NCBI GenBank assembly: GCA_951406725.2
Contig: OX597815.1
Span: forward strand, 172,608,001-172,672,000
DNA: 64,000 bases
Direction: 5' to 3'
DNA from: Octopus vulgaris
Lineage: Eukaryota
How positions within the stretch are numbered: position 1 is the stretch's first letter; every line of letters starts with the position of its first letter. The position numbers and the translations under genes are program-made. Below the pieces are notes generated by a model that was not told the origin of the DNA, ran no database searches, and saw only the letters and a list, made by a program, of their open reading frames with translations. Below, piece after piece: positions 23,211 to 37,414 of this stretch.

Positions 23211-26200
23211 CCAGAAACATCACATTGGCGGCTACCTTGTGCAGAATTTTTTTTTTTTTTTCTCCATTATTTTTTAATGTCATATATTCTTCCTGAATGC
23301 CAGACAGCTCTTAAGCTATCGAGTCTTTCTGACCATTACAGAACATTTGTACAAATATTATTAAAGATGAATCATTACTAAGGAAGAATTTTGGAAAAAT
23401 TATTTGCAAAATAAATCAAATTTACGATTGAAATATTTGTCTTTTCTTTTGATAGTAACCACTATAATTTGAATTTTTGTCTTGTTTGAAATGCATTACA
23501 TTCTTACAGCTTAACAATATGTAGTAGCTTAAACAAAAGAGGAATGGCTACTAAAAAGCTGTATCACTAAACTCTTATCAAATAATCATTACTAATTAGA
23601 TTTAATGCTTTATATTAACACATAACAAACATCTTTAATATATTGTAAGAGCATAATTTTGTATTGTGTCCTAAAGCAATTATGAAATTGGTGAAACTGT
23701 GACATAATATGAATATTTTATAATTCATTTACAGTCAGATGAATGTAATTCTTACAAATACATATTCAGTATAGTTGTTCATTTATGGGGTATTCATAGG
23801 AGCAGAAGTTCCTAATATGTAAGCTGTTCCATTACTGAAGCAGGTTACACTAAATTCAATGAATAGTTTTAATATCCAAAAAGTATAAATGGTAAAGTGT
23901 ATTGTCTTGAACATTTTTGTGAATTCTGATGACATCAGGGTTGTGGATTCATAACACAAAATATCCAACTCTGATTCTTATTTGCAATTGGACTAATGGT
24001 ATATTGGTTGACTGCACAGGCTGTAGCAATGCCGTTAAGTTACAATTATGCATTAGATAAAACTTGCAAAATTTTTTTTTAAATTGTTTTTATCAGAGAG
24101 TTATAAAGGATATAATAGTTACAAACTACATCAAAGTTAAAACTAAAAGACTGAATATGTAAAACAACTTAACAAATGATCATTTTAAAAGAAATAAATT
24201 TATGTTTTTAATATAAAACTGAAATGAGTGTAAAGTTTATCCTGACTAAATATGTTATATCTTGTATCTAAGGAATAAGATTAAATCAAAAATTAAATCC
24301 AGAATTTACTAACATCTTGTTCTTAGAAACAGAATTGCTTCTTCCAGATCTTTCATAAAAGCCCTTAATTCTGATTTGATGATAAATTAATATCTATGAA
24401 GTAGAAAATATTAATGTGGTATGTCAGTCAGAGTTGGTATATTTTTACTGACTTCACAGCCCTAGATAGCATAATGAATGTATTTTCAGTTTCTATCAAG
24501 AATTTTTTTTTTCTGGCTTTTATTTTGTGTTATTAATGGAATAAATAAATGGTATAATAGAAATTTCATTATTAATATCAAAATAAGGGCAGTGGACGTC
24601 AAAATCAATATATCACCACAATTGTAGTATTTGGTTAAGTCCCTTTAAATTCTGAGTTCAAATCTGCCTGGGTCAATTAAAAAGAAAAGTACCAGTCAAA
24701 TTGAATCCCCTTCCTACAATACTTATGCGTTTTCTCTATAGTTACAAATTACTAAGGATATAAAAAATGAGAGATGTTTAGTGCAACTTGTAAAAGTTGG
24801 CCAGCAATTTGGCACATTGGTTGGGTTCTTAATTAAATACAATGTTTTTTTTGGGGTTTTTTTTTTGTAACCTGCATAAATCTCTAACATTTATATTCAT
24901 GTATTTAAATATTTGTATGCATAAAACTTAACATCACTTAGATTAGCTGCAATATTTTTTTTTTTCCAAACTAGTAATTGATGCTTAAAGTTTGTCTGCT
25001 CAGATAGTACTACTTTTTAAAATCAAATACACCATAGGCATTTCTCATGTTGAAGCCATCAGTTGTTGCTTCTATTTATTATTTTCATCTCTTGATCTGT
25101 GCTCCTTTAGGCCAGTCAGAACATATTTCATGCATTACATTGCTATGAATGCAAAAGACCTACAAAATCCAAGTATCATCATCCATCCTCCTCACTTGTC
25201 TTATGCCACCACAGTCCTCCTCCTCTGCCTTTGTAAATCATTTTAAATGACTTTATACAATTGTATAGTGTCCCAATTGAGATTTGTTAAAAAATTTTTT
25301 TTATACTTCACATGGCAGTCCTTGTTGATTGTATTTACTTCAATGCTTTCAGAACTTGTTTTAGAAGTTATCCAGTCTTTGATAGGTTTTACCTATAAAT
25401 TATATCAACTTGATGTAAGATTGAGTGATAGTTATTCTATGTCCTATCAAAATATTTAGATTTTAGCTTTATACTAATGGCTAAGATGCTATTAGAGAGT
25501 CAGTTTCATCTCCACTTTTACTGTAATGTAGTAAATAGGAGAGAAAATGAATGGAGAAAAAGTGATTGGCAGTAAAAGGAAAAAAACAAAATATCAATTT
25601 GAAATTAAACTTTTATTTACAAGCCATTTGTGACAGGTTGTAAGGGAAAAGGGGAGTTAAACAGGAAAGAATAAAGAGAAATAAACGTGAGAGAAAGGGA
25701 GATAAACAAGAAAGACAAACGGAAAGAGGTGGCGGTAGGAGATGAAGAAAGCTCTAAAATAGAAAACCGGCCCAATCGACATATTCGTGTCTTAGTCGAG
25801 AGACTCAGTGATGTCTTCTGTCTATATTGACAGCAGTAGACACAGTGGCCCATATTCAGTGTCAGCTTATTTGCAGCATCAACATCATCCATTTCTGGAT
25901 ACTGGGATTGAAACAATCCACAATGTGATCTTTAAGCCTAATTTGTCAGGTTAAAATGTAACGAATAGTCTCCTATTAGCAATACCGATCAACTCAGAAA
26001 CTGTATAGCTTTTAGAGACAGGAAGTTGATGTGAATATAAGAAGCTGAAGATAAGAGAGAGACGGGCTAGGCACCTTAGAACAATGCAGATTATTTCTCC
26101 AGGAACCAATTCAGCTATATCTACCGTACAAAGGAGGCAGAGGGGGTATGATGTGGTAGAAGACGATGACTTGCCTGAAGTCCAAATAATGACTGATAAG

Positions 26201-29200
26201 GAATTACATTACAGGCACTTTATTCAGAATTTGTTGGGTTTTATGTGGTTTCAATTTTTAAAACCTTTTGCAAGTAGAAAAAAACATCAAAATATTCTTG
26301 AGGCAATATTTTTTTATAGCAATCCCCAAATAACATTAATATTATATAGTAAAAATGTTGGTGCAGTTTTTTTCTTTTTTTTTTTTTTTGTAGACTTATT
26401 TTTCATCACTTTGAAAGGGTATTTCATTGTTTTTTTAGTAATGTCCATTTTCAAGAATTTAGGTGTAGAAAAAGAAAAGAATAAAAGGAACCAACATTAA
26501 ACATATATACATATACCAGCAGAATACAAACTGCCCACCATCCAAAATACAAATTCATACACAATTACACTGATGCACATCTACCCAGTTTCAAAATCTC
26601 TATATCCTAAAATACACCAACCTTTACATAGGGAAATTATATTAGTGAAGGGAGGGAAAAAAAGGAAAAATGCAGCATTTTATTTTATATATTTATAGTT
26701 TTGTTATAATCAGCCTAAAATCATCAGGTTATTGTGGAAAATGAACAAATGAGTTCCAGTTATACCACAACTTAAACTTCTTTGGACATATCTAGCAATT
26801 ATGTTTCTTGATCGTTTTATTATGTTTTCAAATGAATTAATTGTAGTAAAATTTGGCAAATGTTCAAAATTGCTTGAACTCAGCAGTTAAACAGTGATTC
26901 AGAGCTTCTCAACAATGGAGTTTAAATTTAAGCTGTTAAATATTAATTAATAGAGTATCAGGTATTTACTTAAATTTGCATTAAAGTAAGAATTACTGTT
27001 ATAGTGTTCTAAGAAGAGAGAGAGAGAGAGAGAAAGAGGTGGAGAAACATGATGAGAAATCATGCAAATTGGAATTTTTGTGTTTTATTGTAATGTATAA
27101 GAGAAAGAAGTTTGTTTACTGTTTGAAAAACATCTTTAATGTGTGGAGTAAATAATGGAATATACAGTACTTCCTGCCCTGTGTATTGGTATCATTGCAA
27201 CAAAATTAATGCTTAGTGAAGAATTTAGCAAGTAAATCAGTAAAACTACAAAATGTTGACTTTATAGGTAGTAAATTGAATGTTTTCCTTGCAAATTATT
27301 TGACATAATATAAATATTCATAGATAACTAAACGTGAATGACAATTAAAATGCCTTATCCTTCAGGGCAATTAATATACTATAAATTATGTTCAAAATTG
27401 CTTGAACTCAAATAAATAAATAAACCTATTTATTATTATTTCATTTCATACATAAATATGAAATTATCAATGTCAACTGAACTATTTATCGCTGACTATT
27501 TCAAATAGGTCAATGAGTCATTTTTTTAAAATATTGATTATAGAAGCTTGTTGTCATTAAAAATTCCAATATTAAATGATATTGTATGGTTAGTATGTTG
27601 CCACATAAGGAAATATGAATTTTCAGAAATTTGTCATTAAATTACTAACTGTAACTTACAAATATCAAATATATACTTGTCATTATGATAACATTTTAAA
27701 TTAGTCTTACAATATATGCATAAATCATTTCTTTCCTTGTTAAGCAGAATTAACATTAATATATAAAAATCCAAATGGACTATTCTGTTAATACAGATGT
27801 CACATGCTGGTAAAAGGTATTATGTCTAAAAAAGAGTCAAGTCTAATATACTGTCGTAATAAAATTAAGTAAAAATTCTAGGATACATCAAATAATGAAG
27901 TGAAATGTATCATTAAGTTTCAAACAGGAAAGATAGAAGATAAAAATATTTCAGTATTATAAGTTGAGTATAGATCACTTCTAAAACAATGATATATAGC
28001 ATATTTCCTTTTTAGAATTCAGGCATTAGATGTAAATATATTCCCTGAAAATACATTGAAAGTAGCAAAGATTATTGTTATTATTATTCTAAAGAACTGC
28101 ATTTAAGAATCTGAAGTTAAATATATTGATATAATAATTGTAACATGTCACAATAGTAGCTGAACCTTCAATACCACAATAATTGTTTGGAGTAACAATA
28201 ACAGTAAAGTCAAATGTATCACAATAATCAAAATGTCAAAGATACCACCACATCGGAGTTTATGTCAAGATATGCCTTTCATTATGTCAGCTATTACCAG
28301 TTAAGAAAATATATGATATGAATAAAACTCGTATCAGGAAATAAATTATAGAGCCAATCAAACATAAATACATACACACATGCCAAAATGTATGAGCACT
28401 TACAAGATGATGTGATTTGACAATGTGTACTTGCATACTTGTATTACTATCCCAGCATTTAAACAGTAATATACTATTAAAAGCTGCCTTTGTTAAGGGA
28501 CATTTATTTGGTGTATGTGTAGTGTATTTTACATATATATTTGCTAATATATGTATTTGGTCATTTGTTTAACATCTGTTTTTCCATGCTAGCATGGGTT
28601 TGACAGGGTGTTGAGGCAGGATTTTAAGGCCAGATGCTCTTCTTGTTAACAACCTTTACCTGTTTTACAAAAGAGGGATTTCTTTTATTCCAGAGGTCTC
28701 CAAACCAGAGAATAACTGGTAGGAATGTCAACCTCACCATCTCACCCATGCAGTGGCAATCATGGAATATCAGTATTCATACATGTTCAAGCACAAACAC
28801 ACACAACAAACTTCCAGCAGTCTATCAAATTCACTCGCAAGGTATTAGTTGGCCCAGAGTTATAGGAGCACTTATCTCAGGTGCTGTGCAGTGAACCAAA
28901 CAAGAAACCATGAGGTTGAGAAGCAAACTTCTCATAAAATTGTAGTCAGTGATTCTGATAGAAATGGAAGGAACCACAATTATAGTAAGGTATACAATAA
29001 GTGGAGAGAAAATTAATGATAAGTGACACTTATAGGATTAGTTCTGTGTTGTATTCCTAGAAAATTTACAGCGAAATTATTTGTGAATTCTCCAAGAATG
29101 CTACAAAACTAGTTCTGTAAGAATCACAGATATATGTAATATAATATAATATATATAGATATATATCATCATATAATATATATATATACATATATGTAAA

Positions 29201-29254
29201 CATTATATATATATATAGAGAGAGAGAGATAAGGAGGGAGGGAGGAAGAATTCA

Positions 29255-29370
29255 CAAAAAACAAAAGAAGCCAGGTGGTGTAGACAACAAACAGATGTAT
29301 TAGTATAACGATCGGGAAGTCAAAAAGTCTTTAACATTTTGAGCCTACGCTCTTCCACAGAAAGGAACAC
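29255..29370 (-). mobile_element. Short Penelope-like repeat remnant with degenerate hammerhead-like core
   Basis: Minus strand reads CTGTGGAAGAGC-GTAG-GCTCAAAATG (stem GAGC/GCTC between CUGANGA-like and GAAA-like boxes). Confidence 0.4.
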
Positions 29371-30121
29371 ACACACACATAATATATGTGTATATATATG
29401 TATATACGTGTATATATATATATATATGCACATACATTCCACATTTATACATATATGTGCATTTGTGTGTATATGTATCATTAATATGTTTAACACATCA
29501 ATTTTCCATGCTGGCATTGAGAGGTGATGACATACATGCATACATTTACACAGACACACACATACACATATACATATGAACAGCTGGATTTAAATATAAA
29601 TTACATGACATACAACCAGTATTCAGAACTCCATGTGGGTATGTATACATCAAAACAGCAAAGTGCAAGAACTCTTATCATAGTCCGAGTATCCTTTCAC
29701 TGGTCTCCATTGTCCAAAAGATAACAGAGTAAATATAGAAAAAAGAAATAAAAGGAGAACTATATTATTTAGTTATGTTATTCAGAATGAACTCTAAATA
29801 AGAGAATTTTTTCTAAATAACGTAAGTAAATAACTTATGAACAAACTGTCTGGTTTGTTCTCTCTCTCTCTCTCTTACACACATCTATATATATATATGT
29901 ATATATTGGCAAACCATGTGTGATGGCAAAAGAGGTAGACCCCGCCAGAGGGCTATATTTACTGAGTTATACTGACATGGGGATGTACATATAATATATA
30001 TGATTAAGTTTCTGTGTTAAAGATTTGGTGATCATTGCATGGTTGAAGATGTGTAACGATCATCAAATTGTTGAAACAGAAACTTAAAGTCCAGCATGTA
30101 AGTTCACATACCTGCATCAAT

Positions 30122-30173
<52 letters not shown>

Positions 30174-30574
30174 GGCACACACAAATGCAATTACTCACAC
30201 ACACATATATATCTCTTGTTTTTAGAATAGGTACATCACGTTGGTAAGAGGTAAGAAAAAGGGAAGGGCATCTGGCTGTAAAACATTACCATAGAAAAAC
30301 GTCCCATCCAAACTACACTATTATGGAAAAATTGACATAAAAAACAATGACAATCACAACAGATATACCTGAGAATCTTTCATTCTTTCACTGGTTACTG
30401 GAGCACATCCTGCAAGAGTTTTAGTCAATTATAGCAATCCCTGAATTTATTTCAGTCTGGTACTCATTTTGTCTATCTATATTCAATCAAATTACTACTT
30501 TATGCCCTGAAATAAAGGGATATAACACCAGTTTATACTGGTGACTATAAAGAGACATGGAGATAAATAAACTC

Positions 30575-30601
30575 ACACACAATCACATATATACATACAT
30601 A

Positions 30602-30675
<74 letters not shown>

Positions 30676-30763
30676 CATATAAATATATATTTATATATGT
30701 ATACATATATATATGTGTATATGTAAATATATATATATTTATATATGTATACATATATTTATG

Positions 30764-30814
<51 letters not shown>

Positions 30815-30839
30815 TTAAACACAAGCACACACACACACT

Positions 30840-30886
<47 letters not shown>

Positions 30887-31020
30887 TCATATACATACAA
30901 ATACACACACTCACATACTCTAGAACATGAAATGGACAGGTAGATAGACAGAGTGAGAGAGAGAGAGAGAAAGTATGTATGAGTATGTGAGAGAAAAAAG
31001 AAAGAGGGAAAGAAAAAATA
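30575..31020. repeat. Compound (TA)n/(CA)n/(GA)n microsatellite block
   Basis: Directly visible. Confidence 0.95.
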
Positions 31021-32160
31021 CATCAGTAACCAAATATCAAATATTGATAATGGTCAGGTTTCATTCTAAACTAATGATGTGTATAGAGCAATGATAAGGA
31101 TTTATCCTATCCTAAAGGCCATGAGGAATTGGTGGTTTTGCCCCCAAGGAGACTCTTTGAATGATAACCCAACAAATAGGTCAGATAAAATTCAAAATTA
31201 TGTTTCTTTCTCAGACCTGAGGTGACTTCTACAATGTATCCAAATTAAAAATGATATCAACCAAATGTCTATTTGAATACAGTAGATACTGCTTCATCAC
31301 AACTAGAGTCTGTTATTTGTCTTTGAACTGGTTAAGGAAAAAAATGCTTCTGATAATGAATTATGTTTTATTGATTTAACAATGATATATTAACAAACTT
31401 CCATAAATTTGAAGATTTGAAGAACAACAATGACATAAAAGATTTAAATTTTAACAAGAACCTGCAGATAGCATGCAATAAAAGTTTATGTGGAAAATAT
31501 TATGAGGATTCTCCCTGTCTTTCTGTCTCTCTTTATAGACCTCCTCTCTCTTACACACATATACACATACACTCACCCTCTCTCTCACACACATATACAT
31601 TCTCTCTCCCTCTCTCTCCTTTTTATCACTCATATTAATTTTACTAATATATAAGGCGTTCGCAATTAGAAATAGGAAAAGGAATTAGAGTTTTGGTATT
31701 TGGGCAGTTGTAATAGATTTCATCTGTAAACAGATTCAATGGACAAAGGTGGGCTGCTTTTACTTACTAGTCTTTCTACATCACTAAAATTTCTTATACC
31801 TGCTGGTTCCCTAGTAAAGTTTGTACAGCCACACAGTTATCAAGAGTGGGGTGTGAAATTGAGAAATATAAGTAGTACCAGTGATAACAAAGTACCTGGT
31901 GACATCCAGTAAATTACTAAATAGCATCAACCTCAGTGCATTGGTAACAGCTTTTTTGCAGGATGAAACGAAAACTAACTCAACAGAAATGATATAACAG
32001 AAATTTAAAAGCTTTTATGTTATGAAGTGGAAGGGAGAAAGGTCTGAGATACTTAAAAGAAGTTATCTTTTTTTTTTGTCGTTTTAGTTATTTTTCTTCT
32101 TTTTTTCGCCTCTTTTTTTTTGCTTTTTTTTATGGGTTTAGAACATAACGGAAATTTTCA

Positions 32161-32166
32161 TTTATT
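32161..32166 (-). terminator. Candidate distal polyadenylation signal of CACNB
   Basis: AATAAA on the minus strand at the edge of the transposon-free block downstream of the CACNB stop. One of many such hexamers. Confidence 0.25.
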
Positions 32167-32498
32167 TTTGTTTTAAATTATTTAATTAAAAGTGAAATTA
32201 TACAACAAAATAAATGAACCATATATTTCCTTTACAACATTCAGTGTAAACAGGGAACATGTGGTAGACCACAGGATTTTGTGGCTAAATAGAAATAGTA
32301 AGAGTATTTTTGTTTTTCCTTTTTTTTTCCTTTGTGTTGTAATGGTGGTTGTAGTGATAAAGGTAGTTGTGGAGGTGGTGGTGGTGGTGGTGGTAGTGAT
32401 GACAGTGTTGGAAGGTAGTAGCAGTGATGGCGGTGGTGGTTGTAGATGCTTTTGATAGCAATTAAGTGATAGAAACTGATAGAAAAAAATATTTGGAG

Positions 32499-32545
<47 letters not shown>

Positions 32546-33278
32546 TAATAATAATAAATTCTAATAAATTGCTGACAGATTCATTTACTGTAAGTTTTAA
32601 AATGTTTTTATTTATTTTTTTTATTTTAAGTATGATGTATTTTAACTTGTCAAAATGTTTATGGGAAGAGAAACAGTGTTATTAGTTAGGAAAAGACTTA
32701 AACATAAACTGCAGTTACTAAGTTGAAGAATGATATTCACCAGAAAGGAATATTAAAAATAAGAAGAAAGAAAAAAAAAAAAACAAGATATATAGATTAA
32801 CAAAAGGAAGATAAGATATTACTGAGCTGGTTTTTTAATGTCATATATTAAAAAGGAGAGATGAAAAAGAAATGTGTTAAATTTAATCCATTTTCAAAGA
32901 GTTTTTGTTGATTTTTAACATTTCAGCTAACTCGTATTTTTTTAAAGAGAAATAATAACAATTAGAACTGCCAGATATAGGTAGTGTGATGTAAAGATTC
33001 CATGCTACATAATAAAGAGAGTGAAAAAAAAAATGAGACAAATTTGCCTGAATAAAATTTATATGACTGTAAAAAAATGAAGTTTAACTAGCATAAACAT
33101 AGGAAGAGAATGAAGTAGTTGAGTTAATCAATGTAGAAATAAATAAAAATTAAAGCCTACAAGAAAAGAAACAGATCTGCTTTTCATGTGCAATATCAAG
33201 TTGGGTTTTTGTGTTAGTTTCAAATGCATTCAAAATGAAAAAAAAAAGAAAGAAATAACCTGGGAAATAAACAAACTC

Positions 33279-33306
33279 TGTGTGGTGTGTGTGTGTGGTG
33301 TGGTGT

Positions 33307-33388
<82 letters not shown>
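33279..33388. repeat. (TG)n microsatellite
   Basis: Directly visible. Confidence 0.97.
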
Positions 33389-33389
<1 letters not shown>

Positions 33390-33844
33390 TTTCGAAGCGA
33401 AACTTTCTTACAAATTGTTCTGGAAAATGTACAGCACAGGAAAATAACTGATGAAAGAGAAAGGGGTATCAAAAACAGCTAGCAATAGTTTTTAAATCTA
33501 TAAAAATCCAACTGGCATAAAAAATTTGCTAATTAAAATATAAATAATTTTTAAAATATACCCATTAAACTAAAAAAAAAAAAAAAAGAAAAATAGGAAA
33601 TTTAAAAGTTTAAAAATAATCTAAAACTTTAAAAATTACTATATGATAAGAAAAAAAAATTAAAATAATTGTTTGTTACATAGGCAGGCACAAAGCTTGA
33701 TAATAAATTAATAGGCAAGAGGACAGAAGATATCATGATACTTCATATCTTTCTCAAATGCATTAGTGACATATGTAAGGTAAAAAAAGGTCCAACAAGG
33801 GGCTGAAACCAGTTTACAGTCTATATTAGCCAAGAACCTACATG

Positions 33845-33908
33845 AATAACAACAACAACAACAACAACAATAATAATGATAATAATGATAATAATAATAA
33901 TAATAATG

Positions 33909-33954
<46 letters not shown>

Positions 33955-34470
33955 TAGGGGAAAATTATTTCAATACAATCCAAAAGTTAACTAGAGGTAA
34001 AAAAAGAAAGCCAAATCTGTTTCAACAAACATGATACAAGTAGGAAAAGTCACTTAAGCCATTGCTGATCAATAGAAAACAGTAGGAATGGATTAACTCA
34101 GGGGATTTTTACCAGAAATACAAACCATTATTGTGCAGTAGGAAAGAAAGTTTTATTTGTGTGTATGTACATCTGGAAATGTATGTATGATATGTTTATG
34201 TAAATGTAAGCATTTTCAATAATAAATATGGTGAAAACATCACAAGGAAAGCTCAATTTGATATTCAACTGAATGTGTGTGTTTGTGTGTTTGTGTGTTT
34301 GTGTGTGTGTGTGTGCGTGTGTGTCAGCATGATGTGATCAAGAATATGAAAGGTTTCAAAACTAAAATGTAAGAATATAATATGAAAGAAAGAATGAAAT
34401 AAATAATATTTAAAAAAACAACTAAAATAATCCTAGAATAAAAAATAAAACTCAATTTCAAAATATTTCC

Positions 34471-34508
<38 letters not shown>

Positions 34509-34678
34509 TTAATTTTATATTCTTTCCAGAAATTAAAAGAAAACACGAAACAGATATTAGTATTAAGTTAGTAGCAGTATCATCATCGTCTTCCTCATCA
34601 TCATCATCCTCATCATCATCATTATCATCGTTTTCCTCGTAATCAGCCTCTTCTTCCACTTTCTACTCCTCATCCCTC

Positions 34679-34728
<50 letters not shown>

Positions 34729-34818
34729 AGTTGTTGTTGTTCTCTGGCAAAAAACCCAACACTTGGAATTTAAAAAAAAAACAAATCCCTCCCCCTCCAA
34801 AGAAAGATAACAATAATG

Positions 34819-34861
<43 letters not shown>

Positions 34862-34945
34862 TAATAATAACAATTATAATAATAGTAATGATATTAATAA
34901 CAACAATAATAATAAATATTGATAACAACAACAGCAACAACAAAA
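33845..34945. repeat. Series of trinucleotide microsatellites (AAC/AAT/CAT/TAG)n
   Basis: Tracts near 33845-33955, 34470-34507, 34580-34630, 34679-34728, 34810-34945. Confidence 0.95.
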
Positions 34946-35404
34946 ACAAACAAAAATAAATCAAATTAATTGAACTAAGTTCAGCTATAGGCAGCATCAT
35001 TGTAGCCAAAATAAAAAAGGGTATCAGATTTACTTTTCTTGAAAACGAGATATGCACTTTGATATTTCATTTTTTTTTTTTATTTCATTTTATTAATTAG
35101 TTTGTTTAAAAATCCTTGTGCTCCAAACAAATGGAGAATGTTGCTGCTGCTGCCAGTATTGTTGTTGTTGTTGACACTCCGTTTCCAAGTACAGACCCCA
35201 AAGGGAAATGAGGTGGATGGGTTCATTCATGTACAGCATACAACATCATGCACTCACAAAAAAAAAAAATGATCCCCAGGCATAATATCCAATACATACA
35301 AATACCACATTCAATTGGATGTGAATTGTTTCGAATGCATGTATGAGTGAGTGTAGTGTGTATGTATATGTGTGAATGCAAATTTTTTTGTGAGAATGAG
35401 AGAA

Positions 35405-35435
<31 letters not shown>

Positions 35436-35639
35436 AAGTTGCTTGTGTGTATTTGCATGTATTGAGTGCATCATGTATTTATAATATTACATGTATACAT
35501 ATGTGCACACATCCATACAACAATCGAAGCAGTATGCATATGTGTTATAAACACACTCAAAAACTATATACATCCTTTCCATGTGGTTGTATAAACCACA
35601 TAGGTATAATTTTATGGCAACTGGAGTATACGTGCATAT

Positions 35640-36033
35640 TAATGTGTGCATATATATATATATATATAAATATATATATATATTTATATGTATGCATGTA
35701 TATATACAAACACACACACCATTCACATACATATACATATGCACATTAATATATAGACAGATAGACAGACAGACTGACAGATAGATAGATAGATAGATAG
35801 ATTGATTCAGATATATGTGTGTGTGTGTGTATGTGTATACAGACATGCACACACAGATATACACATGCACACACATATAGATATGTATATATAGATATAT
35901 GTTTACAAAAAATGCATACACACATATACACATAAATACACACACATATATATGTGTGTGTGTTTATACATACATATATGTATATATACACACATATGTA
36001 TATATATGTGTTTGTATGTAAATATTATATATG

Positions 36034-36070
<37 letters not shown>

Positions 36071-36098
36071 CATACACATTCATATACATACACATATA

Positions 36099-36137
<39 letters not shown>

Positions 36138-36454
36138 GTATTTGTGTTTGTACATATATATATATATACATACATATGTACAAACACAAATACATATGTA
36201 TAGAAATATGTGTTTATGTATGTGAATGTACATATATATATGCATACATAATAAACACACATGCACACAAATAAAATGATAGAGAGAGAGGAGGGAGGGA
36301 GAGAGAGAGAAAGGAATATAGATTATTCATAAAAATTATACATATATATATATATACACACATACATATATATATTTGTACACACACATATATATAATTT
36401 TATGAATACACATCCATACACATGAGTACACATATATGTATACTTATACATACA

Positions 36455-36529
<75 letters not shown>

Positions 36530-36680
36530 ATATATATTCATTACGTATGTTTACGTATATGTGTGTGTGTATAACTATATATACACACATATACATATAT
36601 ATAAATCATATGCACACATACATACACATAAATGTACATATATGGATACATACAAACATATGTACATGCACACATTGATA
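35640..36680. repeat. ~1 kb degenerate (TA)/(CA)/(TG)/(GATA) microsatellite field
   Basis: Directly visible. Source of many spurious YI/HT/CV ORFs. Confidence 0.95.
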
Positions 36681-37043
36681 GATAAGATATATTCAAAAAT
36701 GTAAGAAAAATAGTTTTCATTATTAGGTACAACATAGCTGAGGTGTGTCAATATAATCATGTAACCCCCATTCTTCTAGTTAGCGGTTTGATGGTACACT
36801 CAAGTTACATAGTAGCATGCCACAACCAGTCTGTTACATTAGTTACTCGTGATGAGGGCAGAGCAAAGAGCCAAATGTCTGCGAATAAGAAAGGAGACTG
36901 ATTTTTGTTTTGTTTTGTTTCTTCTTTCTTTCTTTTTTTTTGTTTTGTTTTGTTGTGAAATAAATATACAGATAAATAAAATGATTATAAAGAGAGAACT
37001 CTGTTTTAAGTTAAGATGAAAGAAACTTAGAGAAGAACAAAGG

Positions 37044-37106
37044 AAGAAGAAGAAGAAGAAGAAGAAGAAGAAGAAGAAGAAGAAGAAGAAGAAGAAGAAG
37101 AAGAAG
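37044..37106. repeat. (GAA)n microsatellite
   Basis: Directly visible. Confidence 0.97.
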
Positions 37107-37371
37107 GAGAATGAAAGAAAAGAACAAGTTTAGAAAGTGTAGGAATTGAGACCAAGAATGGAAGGAGAAATACCTCCTCACAGTGAATGCAGGTCAGCAG
37201 GTAATGACGTAATCACATTATATCAACAATTACAGACATCACAAGAAAATGTTTCCTTTTTTGTTTGTTTTTTCTTAGAAAAAAGTCCAATATATTAGTC
37301 ACAGCAACAAATTTGGATATTTTTCGTGTTTTTTTTTTTTAAATAATTATTATATTTTCAACATTGTTCAC

Positions 37372-37414
<43 letters not shown>

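Noticed and set aside
29320-36760. Dozens of ORFs rich in YI, HT, CV, poly-N/Y/I/T
   Set aside because: Translations of (TA)n, (CA)n and trinucleotide microsatellites with no coding signal. The same applies to ORFs at 44963-45979 and 60415-60861.
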